In this document: positions 37,622 through 46,350 of the stretch, piece by piece
Numbering within the stretch: the first letter of the stretch is position 1
Layout of the letters: each line of letters opens with the position of its first letter
Program-made: the position numbers and the translations under genes
The notes under the pieces: model-generated
Database searches by the model: none
The model's input: only the letters and a program-made list of their open reading frames with translations
What the model was told of the DNA's origin: nothing
Assembly: GCA_002773945.1 (NCBI GenBank)
Contig: PEZT01000001.1
Location: 1,131 to 65,130, forward strand
From: Candidatus Beckwithbacteria bacterium CG10_big_fil_rev_8_21_14_0_10_34_10
GTDB lineage: Bacteria; Patescibacteriota; Microgenomatia; UBA1400
Reading direction: 5' to 3'
DNA: 64,000 nucleotides

Positions 37622-38510
37622 ATGAGAAAAAAAGATTTTTATTTTAAAGCAATTAAAAAGTTTAAAAAGATAAGAATCGGAGAAATTAAGACGCCTCATA
37701 GTATTGTTTTTACTCCTTGTTTTATGCCGGTTGGAACTCAGGCGAGTGTTAAATCTTTGACCCCTGATGATCTTTCAGGTTTAGGCGCCTCCCTTATACT
37801 AGGCGGTAATACTTACCATATGTACTTTAAGCCAGGAATGAAAGTTATTAAAAAAGCTAAAGGAATGCATCGGTTTATGGGGTGGAATAGACCCATGCTA
37901 ACTGATTCCGGAGGGTTTCAAGTCACTTCCTTGGGAAAAGATAGGACTAAATAAAGGCAGGAAATACGCTAAAAAAGCAATAGATAGAACTAATAATTGG
38001 CTTTTAAGGTCAATAAAAGAGTGGCAGAAAAATAATTGCTGTTCTTTAACCACCGGCAAATACCAGGCCTTATTTGGCATAATCCAAGGTGGAGACTTTA
38101 AAGATTTAATTCCCCAAGATAAGGTTTTATATTTTATGGGCCTAGGGAGAGACCCTGAGGACGTAGTGACGGCAATTAAGTTAGGAGCGGATATTTTTGA
38201 TTGTGTTGTTCCCACCAGAATGGCTCGAAACGGAACGCTATACTCTGGTAAATTAACTAGTAGTTTTAAGTTTAAATCTAAATTTAAAAAAGGCAGACTC
38301 AATATTGGCAATAAAAGTTTTAAAAAGGATTTTAAAGCAATTGAAAAGAATTGTGATTGTTACACTTGTAAAACTGGTTTTAACAGAGCATATTTACATC
38401 ATTTATATAAAACAAAGGAACTTTTATACTACCGCTTAGCTTCAATTCATAACCTAAAATTTATGATTAAATTATGTGAAGAAGCTCGGAGTTTGATTTT
38501 GAAAATATAG
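37622..38510 (+). pseudogene. tgt: Queuine tRNA-ribosyltransferase, disrupted: +1 frameshift near 37905-37950 plus internal deletion of ~50 aa
   Basis: Frame 2 reads FMPVGTQASVK...LILGNTYHMY...MLTDSGGFQVTSLGKDRTK then stops. Frame 0 reads ...AIDRTNNWLLRS...QALFGIIQGG...GADIFDCVVPTRMARNG...CDCYTCKTGF...AYLHHL. Both halves are unmistakably TGT. The block homologous to bacterial IDGSKHLLTPE...VMAFDEC is missing. Confidence 0.6.
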
Positions 38511-38561
38511 TTAATGTTGCGCTTTTGGGTTTTAAATCTCTAGTAATGATATAATTAAAAT

Positions 38562-39038
38562 ATGAGGATATTAGGAATAGATCCTGGTTTGGCACTAACC
38601 GGGTGGGGAATGGTAAAAAAAGGAAACGAGGTCAAGCTTTTAGATTATGGTTGCATCAAAACTTCTAAAAATGACCAAAACCACTTAAGGCTTTTAAAGA
38701 TATTTAAGGACTTAAGAAAAATTCTAACCAAGTTTAAGCCCGAAGTGGTAGTTTTAGAAAAACTTTTCTTTAATACAAATGCGAAAACCGCCATTTTGAT
38801 TGGTGAAGGCAGGGGAGTAGTGAAAATATGTGCTTCTTTAGCTAAAATTCCCCTCTATGAGTTTACACCTTTACAGGTAAAAGATAGTGTTGTAGGCTAT
38901 GGAAGAGCCAGCAAGAAACAAGTTCAACAAATGGTTAAACTACTTTTAAAAATGGATAAAATCCCTAAGCCAGATGATGCCGCTGATGCCCTAGCCGTTG
39001 CTTTAACCTACTGTAGTTTTAATAAGGAATTAATCTAA
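38562..39038 (+). CDS. ruvC: Holliday junction resolvase RuvC
   Basis: MRILGIDPGLALTGWG...DAADALAVAL. Confidence 0.9.
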   Translation: MRILGIDPGLALTGWGMVKKGNEVKLLDYGCIKTSKNDQNHLRLLKIFKDLRKILTKFKPEVVVLEKLFFNTNAKTAILIGEGRGVVKICASLAKIPLYEFTPLQVKDSVVGYGRASKKQVQQMVKLLLKMDKIPKPDDAADALAVALTYCSFNKELI

Positions 39039-39595
39039 TGATTGGATTTTTAAAAGGGATAGTTTCTTTTATAGAAAACGACTCAATAATTTTAAACGTT
39101 AAAGATGTTGGTTACCATTTATTTATCCCTCTATATTTTCTCCAGGATTTAAAAGTGGGTGACAGCAAAGAATTTTTTGTCCACACTCATGTTAAAGAAA
39201 ATGCTTTAGATCTTTATGGTTTTTCCACCTTTAGCGAAAAAGATATATTTACTTTGCTTTTGAGTGTCGGTGGAATTGGACCTAAGTTGGCCTTAACAAT
39301 AGTTTCATATAGTAATGGTCCAAAAAATATTATTAAAGCCATTAAAGAGGCTCAGGTTGATTTTTTTGAGTCCATAAAAGGGATTGGAAAAAAAGCGGCT
39401 CAAAGAATTATTGTTGATTTAAAATCCAAGCTCGGTGGTTTAAAGGAATTAGAATTTGAAGGCATGGAAGATGTAGACTTAATTGAAGCCTTAAAAGGTT
39501 TAGGATTTGAAAACAAAGAAATTAAAAAAGCAGTTAAGGGAATTAAAAAAGACTTGCCTTTGGAAGAAAAAATTAGATTATCTTTAAAAGAGTAA
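39038..39595 (+). CDS. ruvA: Holliday junction helicase subunit RuvA
   Basis: MIGFLKGIV... followed by Hh[14 protein letters not shown]. Confidence 0.85.
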   Translation: MIGFLKGIVSFIENDSIILNVKDVGYHLFIPLYFLQDLKVGDSKEFFVHTHVKENALDLYGFSTFSEKDIFTLLLSVGGIGPKLALTIVSYSNGPKNIIKAIKEAQVDFFESIKGIGKKAAQRIIVDLKSKLGGLKELEFEGMEDVDLIEALKGLGFENKEIKKAVKGIKKDLPLEEKIRLSLKE

Positions 39596-39614
39596 ATTAA
39601 CAAAATTAAGAAAA

Positions 39615-40643
39615 ATGAAAAATATAAAAAAAACTAAAACAAAGAATAAAAAATCCAAAGTTGTAGATATTTTACCCGAAAGTATTAGACCTAAAAATAT
39701 TGACCAGTTTATGGGGCAAAAAAAAATTAAAGGCAAACTGGAGATTTTTATTAAAGCCGCTAAAAAAAGAAAAGAATCTTTAGACCACCTTTTATTATAT
39801 GGCCCTCCAGGCTTAGGAAAAACAACTCTAGCTCATTTAATTGCTTCTGAGCTGGGAGTTAATATTCGAGTTACTTCTGGACCAGCGATTGAGAGAAGCG
39901 GAGACTTGGCCAGTATTTTAACCAACTTAAAAGACGGTGACATTTTATTTATTGATGAGGTTCACCGGCTTAATAAGGTGGTTGAAGAAGCTTTGTATCC
40001 TGCCATGGAAGATTATTGTTTAGATATTATTTTAGGGAAAGGTCCTTCGGCAAGAACAGTTAGATTAGAATTACCTAAGTTTAGCATTGTAGCGGCTACA
40101 ACCAGAATTGGTCTTTTATCCTCACCCTTAAGAGATCGGTTTGGAGCCATTTACCGCTTGAATTTCTATAATCCTAAAGATTTAGCTCAAATTCTTAAAA
40201 GATCAGCTAAAATTTTAAAAATTCCGATTGAAGAAGATTCCTGTCAGCAATTGGCTAAAAGATCTCGGGGAACACCAAGGATTGCCAATAGGCTCTTGAA
40301 AAGAATTAGAGATTTTGCCCAAATTAAGGGTGAGGGGAAAATTAACGAAGGACTTTTAGATAATGCTTTAAAAGTTTTAGAAATTGATTCTTTGGGATTA
40401 GCCAAGGAAGACAGAGATTTTTTAAAAGCCCTGTGTTTAGATTATGCTGGTGGCCCAGTCGGTTTAGAAACCCTCTCAGCTACCATTGCTGAAGATATTG
40501 GCACGGTTGAAGAAGTAATTGAACCATTTTTGATACAAAAGGGATTTTTAAAAAGAACTAAACAAGGAAGAATGGCGAGTAGAAAATCATTTAAGCACTT
40601 AAATATTCCTATCCCTAAGGGTAAACAATCAACCCTGTTTTAA
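39615..40643 (+). CDS. ruvB: Holliday junction helicase subunit RuvB
   Basis: Walker [15 protein letters not shown] and Walker [11 protein letters not shown]. Confidence 0.9.
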   Translation: MKNIKKTKTKNKKSKVVDILPESIRPKNIDQFMGQKKIKGKLEIFIKAAKKRKESLDHLLLYGPPGLGKTTLAHLIASELGVNIRVTSGPAIERSGDLASILTNLKDGDILFIDEVHRLNKVVEEALYPAMEDYCLDIILGKGPSARTVRLELPKFSIVAATTRIGLLSSPLRDRFGAIYRLNFYNPKDLAQILKRSAKILKIPIEEDSCQQLAKRSRGTPRIANRLLKRIRDFAQIKGEGKINEGLLDNALKVLEIDSLGLAKEDRDFLKALCLDYAGGPVGLETLSATIAEDIGTVEEVIEPFLIQKGFLKRTKQGRMASRKSFKHLNIPIPKGKQSTLF

Positions 40644-40662
40644 ATAATTTAATTAAAAGGAG

Positions 40663-40920
40663 GTGATTAATTTGGCAGGGAAACAAGTCGGAACTATAAG
40701 CCATTACTATGATCAAATTGGAGTGGCGGTTCTTGATTTAAACGAAACCTTGAAGGTTGGAGATAAGATAAAAATAGTTAAGGAAGAAGAAGAATTTGAA
40801 CAGGAAATAAGTTCAATGCAAGTAGAGCATAAGGAAGTCCAAACAGCTAAAAAAGGCGATTCGGTCGGCCTAAAAGTAGACAAAGAAGTAAAAAGAAAAT
40901 CTAAGGTTTATATACTATAA
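40663..40920 (+). CDS. Small hypothetical beta-barrel protein (EF-Tu domain-2-like pattern)
   Basis: 85 aa with the pattern G.V..Y...GVAVL.L...LKVGDKIKIV......I.S.Q......TAKKGDSVGLKV. Confidence 0.3.
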   Translation: MINLAGKQVGTISHYYDQIGVAVLDLNETLKVGDKIKIVKEEEEFEQEISSMQVEHKEVQTAKKGDSVGLKVDKEVKRKSKVYIL

Positions 40921-40964
40921 ACTTAGTTTTAAATATTATTTATAAAATCTTTTTAAAAAGGAAG

Positions 40965-41354
40965 ATGGAATTTAATTTTGCCCCAGATATTAAAAAAAGG
41001 ATAAAAGAGGTTCTAAACTCTCTTGATTTAGGCCATATTAAAGGTAAGATGATTGTTTGTTTTAGAAGCACCGGTTCTACTTCAAGAGCGATGGCTAGAA
41101 TTTGGTCTTTGCCAACTATTTGGCAAAAAGCTTTAAAAACTCAGCCTCATTACTGTATTGAAGTCTTGTCGGAAAAATTTGATCGCTTATCCAAAGTTGA
41201 ACAAACCAAGGTTTTAATTCATGAATTAATGCATATTCCTAAGACTTTTTCTGGTGCTTTGTTGCCCCACCGGGGAAGAGGGAAAGTTAAAATTGATAGA
41301 AGATCTGTCAACAAACTATATAGACTATATTTAAAGGAAAGAAAAAAGCAGTGA
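40965..41354 (+). CDS. Small HExxH protein (putative zinc metallohydrolase-like)
   Basis: 129 aa carrying VLIHELMHIP. I cannot assign it to a family. Confidence 0.3.
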   Translation: MEFNFAPDIKKRIKEVLNSLDLGHIKGKMIVCFRSTGSTSRAMARIWSLPTIWQKALKTQPHYCIEVLSEKFDRLSKVEQTKVLIHELMHIPKTFSGALLPHRGRGKVKIDRRSVNKLYRLYLKERKKQ

Positions 41355-42043
41355 TCTATTTTATTCATGGGGAAGATCAAGCATTAACTCGGTCAGAGGC
41401 TTTAAATCTGCTTAAGGCCGCCAAAAAAGAGAAAAAGGAAATCTTAAGGCTTGATGGCTTAAAAATTAGTTTAAATGAGTTAATTCAGGCCTTTGAATCA
41501 AATTCTCTTTTTGGACAAGATAAACTAATTTATTTAGAAAACTTTTTTCAAAGAAACAAATCCAAAAATAAAGAAGAGATTTTAACATACTTAAAAGCAT
41601 CAGAAATATTGCCTGATTTAATTATTTGGGAGAAAAAGGAAATTTCGGGGACCACTTTAAGATGGCTGCCAAAAAACTGGGATTATCGAGTTTTTAAAAT
41701 TAAACAAAGTATTTTTAGTTTTTTAGACTCGCTTACCCCTTATAATCAAGAGACAAACTTAAGTCTACTTAGGAAAGCTTCTTCTAAAGACGGTCCAGAA
41801 CTAGTTTTTTATATGATGGCCAAAAGAATTAGAGACCTTTTACTAGCCAAGGAATTAGGAAAGAAGGGCTTGGTTGGCGCTCCTTGGCAAATTGGCAAAC
41901 TAATTAAACAAAGTCAGGCTTTTACTATTGAAAAACTCCTGACAATATATAAAAAGCTTTTAAATATTGACTTAGATATTAAAACAGGTGGAAGCTTTAT
42001 GCCGTTAGACTGGCATCTTGATTTGTTATTGACACGTTTGTAA
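41351..42043 (+). CDS. DNA polymerase III delta subunit-like (HolA)
   Basis: GTG start. The N-terminus MIYFIHGEDQALTRSEALNLL is typical of HolA. It is short at 230 aa. Confidence 0.5.
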   Translation: MIYFIHGEDQALTRSEALNLLKAAKKEKKEILRLDGLKISLNELIQAFESNSLFGQDKLIYLENFFQRNKSKNKEEILTYLKASEILPDLIIWEKKEISGTTLRWLPKNWDYRVFKIKQSIFSFLDSLTPYNQETNLSLLRKASSKDGPELVFYMMAKRIRDLLLAKELGKKGLVGAPWQIGKLIKQSQAFTIEKLLTIYKKLLNIDLDIKTGGSFMPLDWHLDLLLTRL

Positions 42044-42078
42044 GATTAAATATTATAAATAAAGAGGAAGGAAATATT

Positions 42079-43449
42079 ATGATTAAAGCTAATATATTTC
42101 GTGATTATGATGTTAGAGCAATAGTTCCTCAAGAATTAGATAAAAAAGGAGCCATTAGAATTGGACAGGTATTGGTAAACCTTTTTAAACCAAAAACTGT
42201 GGCAATTGGGCATGATATGAGAATTACGGCCGACGAGATTGCTGGAGGGATTGCTGAAGGAATAATGATTCAAGGTGCTAATGTAACAGATTTAGGGTTG
42301 ATTTCAACTGATATGGCTTATTTTGCCTCAGGAAAATATGGCTATGATTTGGCTTTGTCTGTATCCGCTTCTCATAATCCGTCTGAATATAATGGCTTTA
42401 AAGTAGTTAAAAAAGGGGCGATTGCAATTTCAGGAAATAGTGGTATTTACGATATTAGAGATTTAGCTTTGTCAGACGAGAAATTTATTCCAGCTAAAAA
42501 AAGAGGAATCTTAAGTAAGCGGGATATTTACGACGAATTTATAAAACATTGTTTAAGTTTCACCAATTTAAAAAAAATTAAACCTTTTAAGGTTGTGATT
42601 GATGCCGGCAATGCAATGGCTGGGTTCATAATTCCGAAATTTGAAAAGTATCTTCCAATAAAAGTAATTCCTCTTTATTTTAAGCTTGACGGTAATTTTC
42701 CTAATCATATTCCTAATCCTCTTCTGCCAGAAGCCACCTCAGATTTAAAAAAAGAAGTTCTTAAAAAAAAGGCAGATTTCGGATTAGCCTTTGATGGTGA
42801 TGGAGACAGAATGTATTTTATTGATGAAAAAGGAAAGCTTGTTACCGGGACAATAACGACCGCGATGATATCCGAAATGATTTTAAGAAAAAACAAAAAC
42901 AAAACAATTCTTTACAATGCGGTTACCGGGAAAATTGTTCCTCAAATTATTAAAAAGTATGGAGGTAAAGGAATCAGAGTAAGAGTGGGACATACATTAA
43001 TAAAAGAAGACATGAGGAAATACAAGGCCTATTTTGCCGGAGAACACTCAGGTCATTACTACTTTAAAGAAAATTACTATGCTGATTCAGCCTTTGTGGC
43101 AATGTTAATAGCTTTAGAATTAATATCAGAAGAAAATAAAACTCTATCAGAAATAACAGGTAAGTATGATATTTATCCTAGTATTCCCGAAACTAATTTT
43201 GAAGTTAAAGACAAAGAAAAAGTAATGAAAAACATTGAAAAACATTATAAAAGTAAAGCAGATAAGATAGATTGGCTTGATGGAGTTACTATTTGGTTTA
43301 AAGATTGGTGGGCTAATATTAGGCCCTCTAACACCCAACCTCTTTTAAGACTTAATATTGAGGCTGATAATAATGAAATATTAATTGAAAAAGAAAATGA
43401 ATTCACTGACTTAATCCAGCAACTGGGTGGAAAAAAAACTAAAGAATAA
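42079..43449 (+). CDS. Phosphoglucomutase/phosphomannomutase family protein
   Basis: Active-site loop SASHNPSEYNGFK and metal loop FDGDGDR. Confidence 0.85.
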   Translation: MIKANIFRDYDVRAIVPQELDKKGAIRIGQVLVNLFKPKTVAIGHDMRITADEIAGGIAEGIMIQGANVTDLGLISTDMAYFASGKYGYDLALSVSASHNPSEYNGFKVVKKGAIAISGNSGIYDIRDLALSDEKFIPAKKRGILSKRDIYDEFIKHCLSFTNLKKIKPFKVVIDAGNAMAGFIIPKFEKYLPIKVIPLYFKLDGNFPNHIPNPLLPEATSDLKKEVLKKKADFGLAFDGDGDRMYFIDEKGKLVTGTITTAMISEMILRKNKNKTILYNAVTGKIVPQIIKKYGGKGIRVRVGHTLIKEDMRKYKAYFAGEHSGHYYFKENYYADSAFVAMLIALELISEENKTLSEITGKYDIYPSIPETNFEVKDKEKVMKNIEKHYKSKADKIDWLDGVTIWFKDWWANIRPSNTQPLLRLNIEADNNEILIEKENEFTDLIQQLGGKKTKE

Positions 43450-43490
43450 TCTAACTCATTTATATTAATTTTTAGCTAAATGGAGGAAAA

Positions 43491-44012
43491 ATGAAAATTG
43501 GAATTATTTCTGATGTTCATGATCACATTCCAAATCTTCTTAAGGCAATCAAAATTTTAAATAAAGAGAAAGTAACAAAAGTATTTTTTTGCGGCGATTT
43601 ATGTTCTCCCTTTACAATTAAATATTTTCAGGGCTTAAAAACACCAATTGCGGCTGTTTTTGGTAATAATGAAGGGGATAAAATTAATATATTAAGTCGG
43701 ATTAAAAAATATAATCTTTCCATAGAATATGGAGCAAAACAAGGACTTTTTTACACGAATACTATTAAAGATAAAAAAATTGGTCTTTTTCATGGTCATG
43801 TTTATGAACTAACAGAAGCTTTAGTTAATGACTCTCAATATAGTCTAGTTTTAACTGGTCACACTCACAAACCTCATATTAAATATCTTAAAAATAAAGT
43901 TTGGATAAATCCAGGATCAATTCATGGATTTTCAGATGAATTTCAAAATAAACCAAGTTTAGCCATTTTTAATCTTATAACAAATAAAGGTAACCTTATT
44001 AAAATTAAATGA
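43491..44012 (+). CDS. YfcE/MJ0936-type metallophosphoesterase
   Basis: MKIGIISDVHDH, FFCGDLCSP, LFHGH and LTGHTHKPH. Confidence 0.75.
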   Translation: MKIGIISDVHDHIPNLLKAIKILNKEKVTKVFFCGDLCSPFTIKYFQGLKTPIAAVFGNNEGDKINILSRIKKYNLSIEYGAKQGLFYTNTIKDKKIGLFHGHVYELTEALVNDSQYSLVLTGHTHKPHIKYLKNKVWINPGSIHGFSDEFQNKPSLAIFNLITNKGNLIKIK

Positions 44013-44151
44013 AAGTAGGATTTTTTTAGACATTCCTAATAAAACGTAAAAATTTTCCTTTTTTTAGTAAGGTTATTTTTTACTAAAGTTAATAATCTTA
44101 AATTTTTAAAAATCTTGATATAGTTTTAAATATAATGTTAAATTAAAAATA

Positions 44152-45363
44152 ATGAAAAAGTCATTAAAAAGAATCTATTTAATCGTCCCCAGACTAATTG
44201 AACAACCTACTTGGGGCGGAAATTACATAGCTAATTTTAAAGGTTGGGGGAAAGGAAAATCTTTTTCTAATTTTAAAATTGGTCAGTCTTATGAATTGAC
44301 TTCAAATTCTAACTTACATCCTAATATTAGTGATTCAAACAGTTCAAAATTTAACCCTGAATTGGTGATGGCCAAAAACAGGAAAGAATTTCTATATTCT
44401 GGCAATAAAAATGAACTTATGAACTTAAATGAATTAATTAGGGTAAATCCTAGGTTAGCCCTGGGAAAAAATGCTTTAGAAAAGCATGGCCAAAAAGTAA
44501 AAATTTTAATTAAATTTACTCAGGCTAAAGGAAATTCATACCAGCTTCATGTTAGAAAAAAGGATGAAAACAGAAAATGGCTTTTTAAACCAGAAAGCTG
44601 GTACTTTTTTGAACCAGGTTTATTAACCCTAGGGGTTAAAGATCTTAATAAAATTAAACTCTTTAAAAATACTTGCCTTAATATTTTAAAACAAATGAGT
44701 TATATTTCTGATAAAATTAAAAAAAAGGAAATTAGTTTAAAAGATGGCAGAAAAAAATCAGAAGAAGTAGTTAAAAACTATAATCCTCAACAATTTGTAA
44801 ATCTAGTTAAAGCTAATAAAAATGATTTAATTGATTTAAGCCTAGGCGGAATTCATCATTCATGGGAGGAGCCTAAAGCCATAAATCCTAAAGGGAATAT
44901 TGTTTACGAAGTTCAACTTGATATTAAGGATAAACAGTCAACTTTGCGCTGTTTTGATCAGGGAAAAATAAAAAATGATGGTTCAATAAGAAACCTTAAT
45001 ATTAAAGAATATTTTAAATATATCAATAAGGAAGAAGCCAGCAATATTCCTGAAAACCATTTTTTAAAACCAAAAACATTATTTGAGAAGCTAGAAAACA
45101 AAGGGGAAAGACTTTTAAATACAAATGATTATACGATGGAAAAGATTTACTTCAAAAACAAATTAAGTAATAATTTAAATAGAACAAATAATTCTTATCA
45201 GCATTTATTTGTCCAAAAAGGAGAGGTTAGAGTTGAGTCTGAAAATAGCCATGTTATATTAACTCAGGGCCATTCATGTTTTATTCCAGCGGTAGTTTCT
45301 AAATACAATTTAGTTTCTAATAAATCCCAAAGTGAAGTTTTAAAAACATATGTTTCCAAATGA
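44152..45363 (+). CDS. Class I mannose-6-phosphate isomerase-like cupin protein
   Basis: QPTWGG, a zinc-site-like SYQLHV (Gln/His), KPESWYFFEP (Glu) and GGIHHSWEE. The spacing of these sites resembles type I PMI. Confidence 0.45.
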   Translation: MKKSLKRIYLIVPRLIEQPTWGGNYIANFKGWGKGKSFSNFKIGQSYELTSNSNLHPNISDSNSSKFNPELVMAKNRKEFLYSGNKNELMNLNELIRVNPRLALGKNALEKHGQKVKILIKFTQAKGNSYQLHVRKKDENRKWLFKPESWYFFEPGLLTLGVKDLNKIKLFKNTCLNILKQMSYISDKIKKKEISLKDGRKKSEEVVKNYNPQQFVNLVKANKNDLIDLSLGGIHHSWEEPKAINPKGNIVYEVQLDIKDKQSTLRCFDQGKIKNDGSIRNLNIKEYFKYINKEEASNIPENHFLKPKTLFEKLENKGERLLNTNDYTMEKIYFKNKLSNNLNRTNNSYQHLFVQKGEVRVESENSHVILTQGHSCFIPAVVSKYNLVSNKSQSEVLKTYVSK

Positions 45364-46286
45364 AAAATAATATTAAACTCATAAATCTAGATAAAGCAGT
45401 CATAAATGCCCTAGATTTGTTTAGTCTTGAAAAACCACCCAAGATGGATTTAGATAAGATTAACTTACCTTTTGTTATTGGTAGTGGTAATGCTTATAAC
45501 ACCGGTAAGCTAATTTTCTCCCAAAAAGCGGCTATTTTTGCTGATGAAAGCAATTTCAAAACATTATTAAAATCATATGAATTGGTGATTAAAAAAGGAT
45601 TAATTAGTCAGGCCATCATAATTTCAGCTTCCGGAGAAAAGGATTCAGTTTGGGAGATAGAATTAGCTAATAAATCAGGGTTAAAAACTCATTTACTTAC
45701 CTGTAGTCCTAACTCTTCAGCGGCTAAAGCAGCTGATAAAGTTTATCTTTTTAAAAAGCTTCCTGAACCCTATACATATAATGTTTCTACTTATTTGGGA
45801 ATGGTTTTAGCTTCAACTAATGAAAACCCTAAAATAATTAGGGAATTTATTGGAAACGTAAAACTAAAAGATAATTTTTCTACCTACCAAAGTTATTCCT
45901 TTATTCTTGATGATAAATATATTGATATTTGTCCGATGATAGACATTAAAAAAAGCGAATTGTTTGGGTCCCGCCTGTCTATTCGCTGTTTTACTAATGG
46001 ACATGCTCGTCATGCTAAATTTGTCATCCCCTGGGAAAAAGAATTAGTGGTAAGCATAGGGACGGAAAATAAATATTTTGGTCATCCAAACCATCGCTTA
46101 TCTATAGAATTACCTGAAACAGCCAGTTTTGGAACAATTTTAAGTTTAACTTATTTTATCGTCGGCAAGGTTCAGGAAAGTAAACCCCATTATTACAAAG
46201 AAAATATAAAAGCTTATTGTCGTGATTATGGTCCAAAAGCTTACGGAAAAAATACACCTTTTGAAATAATTGTCCCTGGTAACTAA
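45360..46286 (+). CDS. SIS-domain sugar-phosphate isomerase (possibly PGI/PMI-type)
   Basis: VIGSGNAYNTGKL, IIISASGEKDSV and LLTCSPNSSAAKAADKV follow a SIS-fold pattern. Confidence 0.35.
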   Translation: MKNNIKLINLDKAVINALDLFSLEKPPKMDLDKINLPFVIGSGNAYNTGKLIFSQKAAIFADESNFKTLLKSYELVIKKGLISQAIIISASGEKDSVWEIELANKSGLKTHLLTCSPNSSAAKAADKVYLFKKLPEPYTYNVSTYLGMVLASTNENPKIIREFIGNVKLKDNFSTYQSYSFILDDKYIDICPMIDIKKSELFGSRLSIRCFTNGHARHAKFVIPWEKELVVSIGTENKYFGHPNHRLSIELPETASFGTILSLTYFIVGKVQESKPHYYKENIKAYCRDYGPKAYGKNTPFEIIVPGN

Positions 46287-46350
46287 AATAGTGTTTGAAA
46301 CCATTTTTTGCTATACTAAAAGTATAAAATATTAGCCTTTAAAACTGCCC

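Noticed and set aside
37898-38311. 137-aa minus-strand ORF across the tgt locus
   Set aside because: It lies antisense to clear TGT coding sequence in two frames, so it is spurious.
44013-44151. AT-rich 139-nt spacer before the PMI-like gene as a possible ncRNA or riboswitch
   Set aside because: It is over 85% AT with no stable stem potential, and is more likely simple promoter or UP-element sequence.
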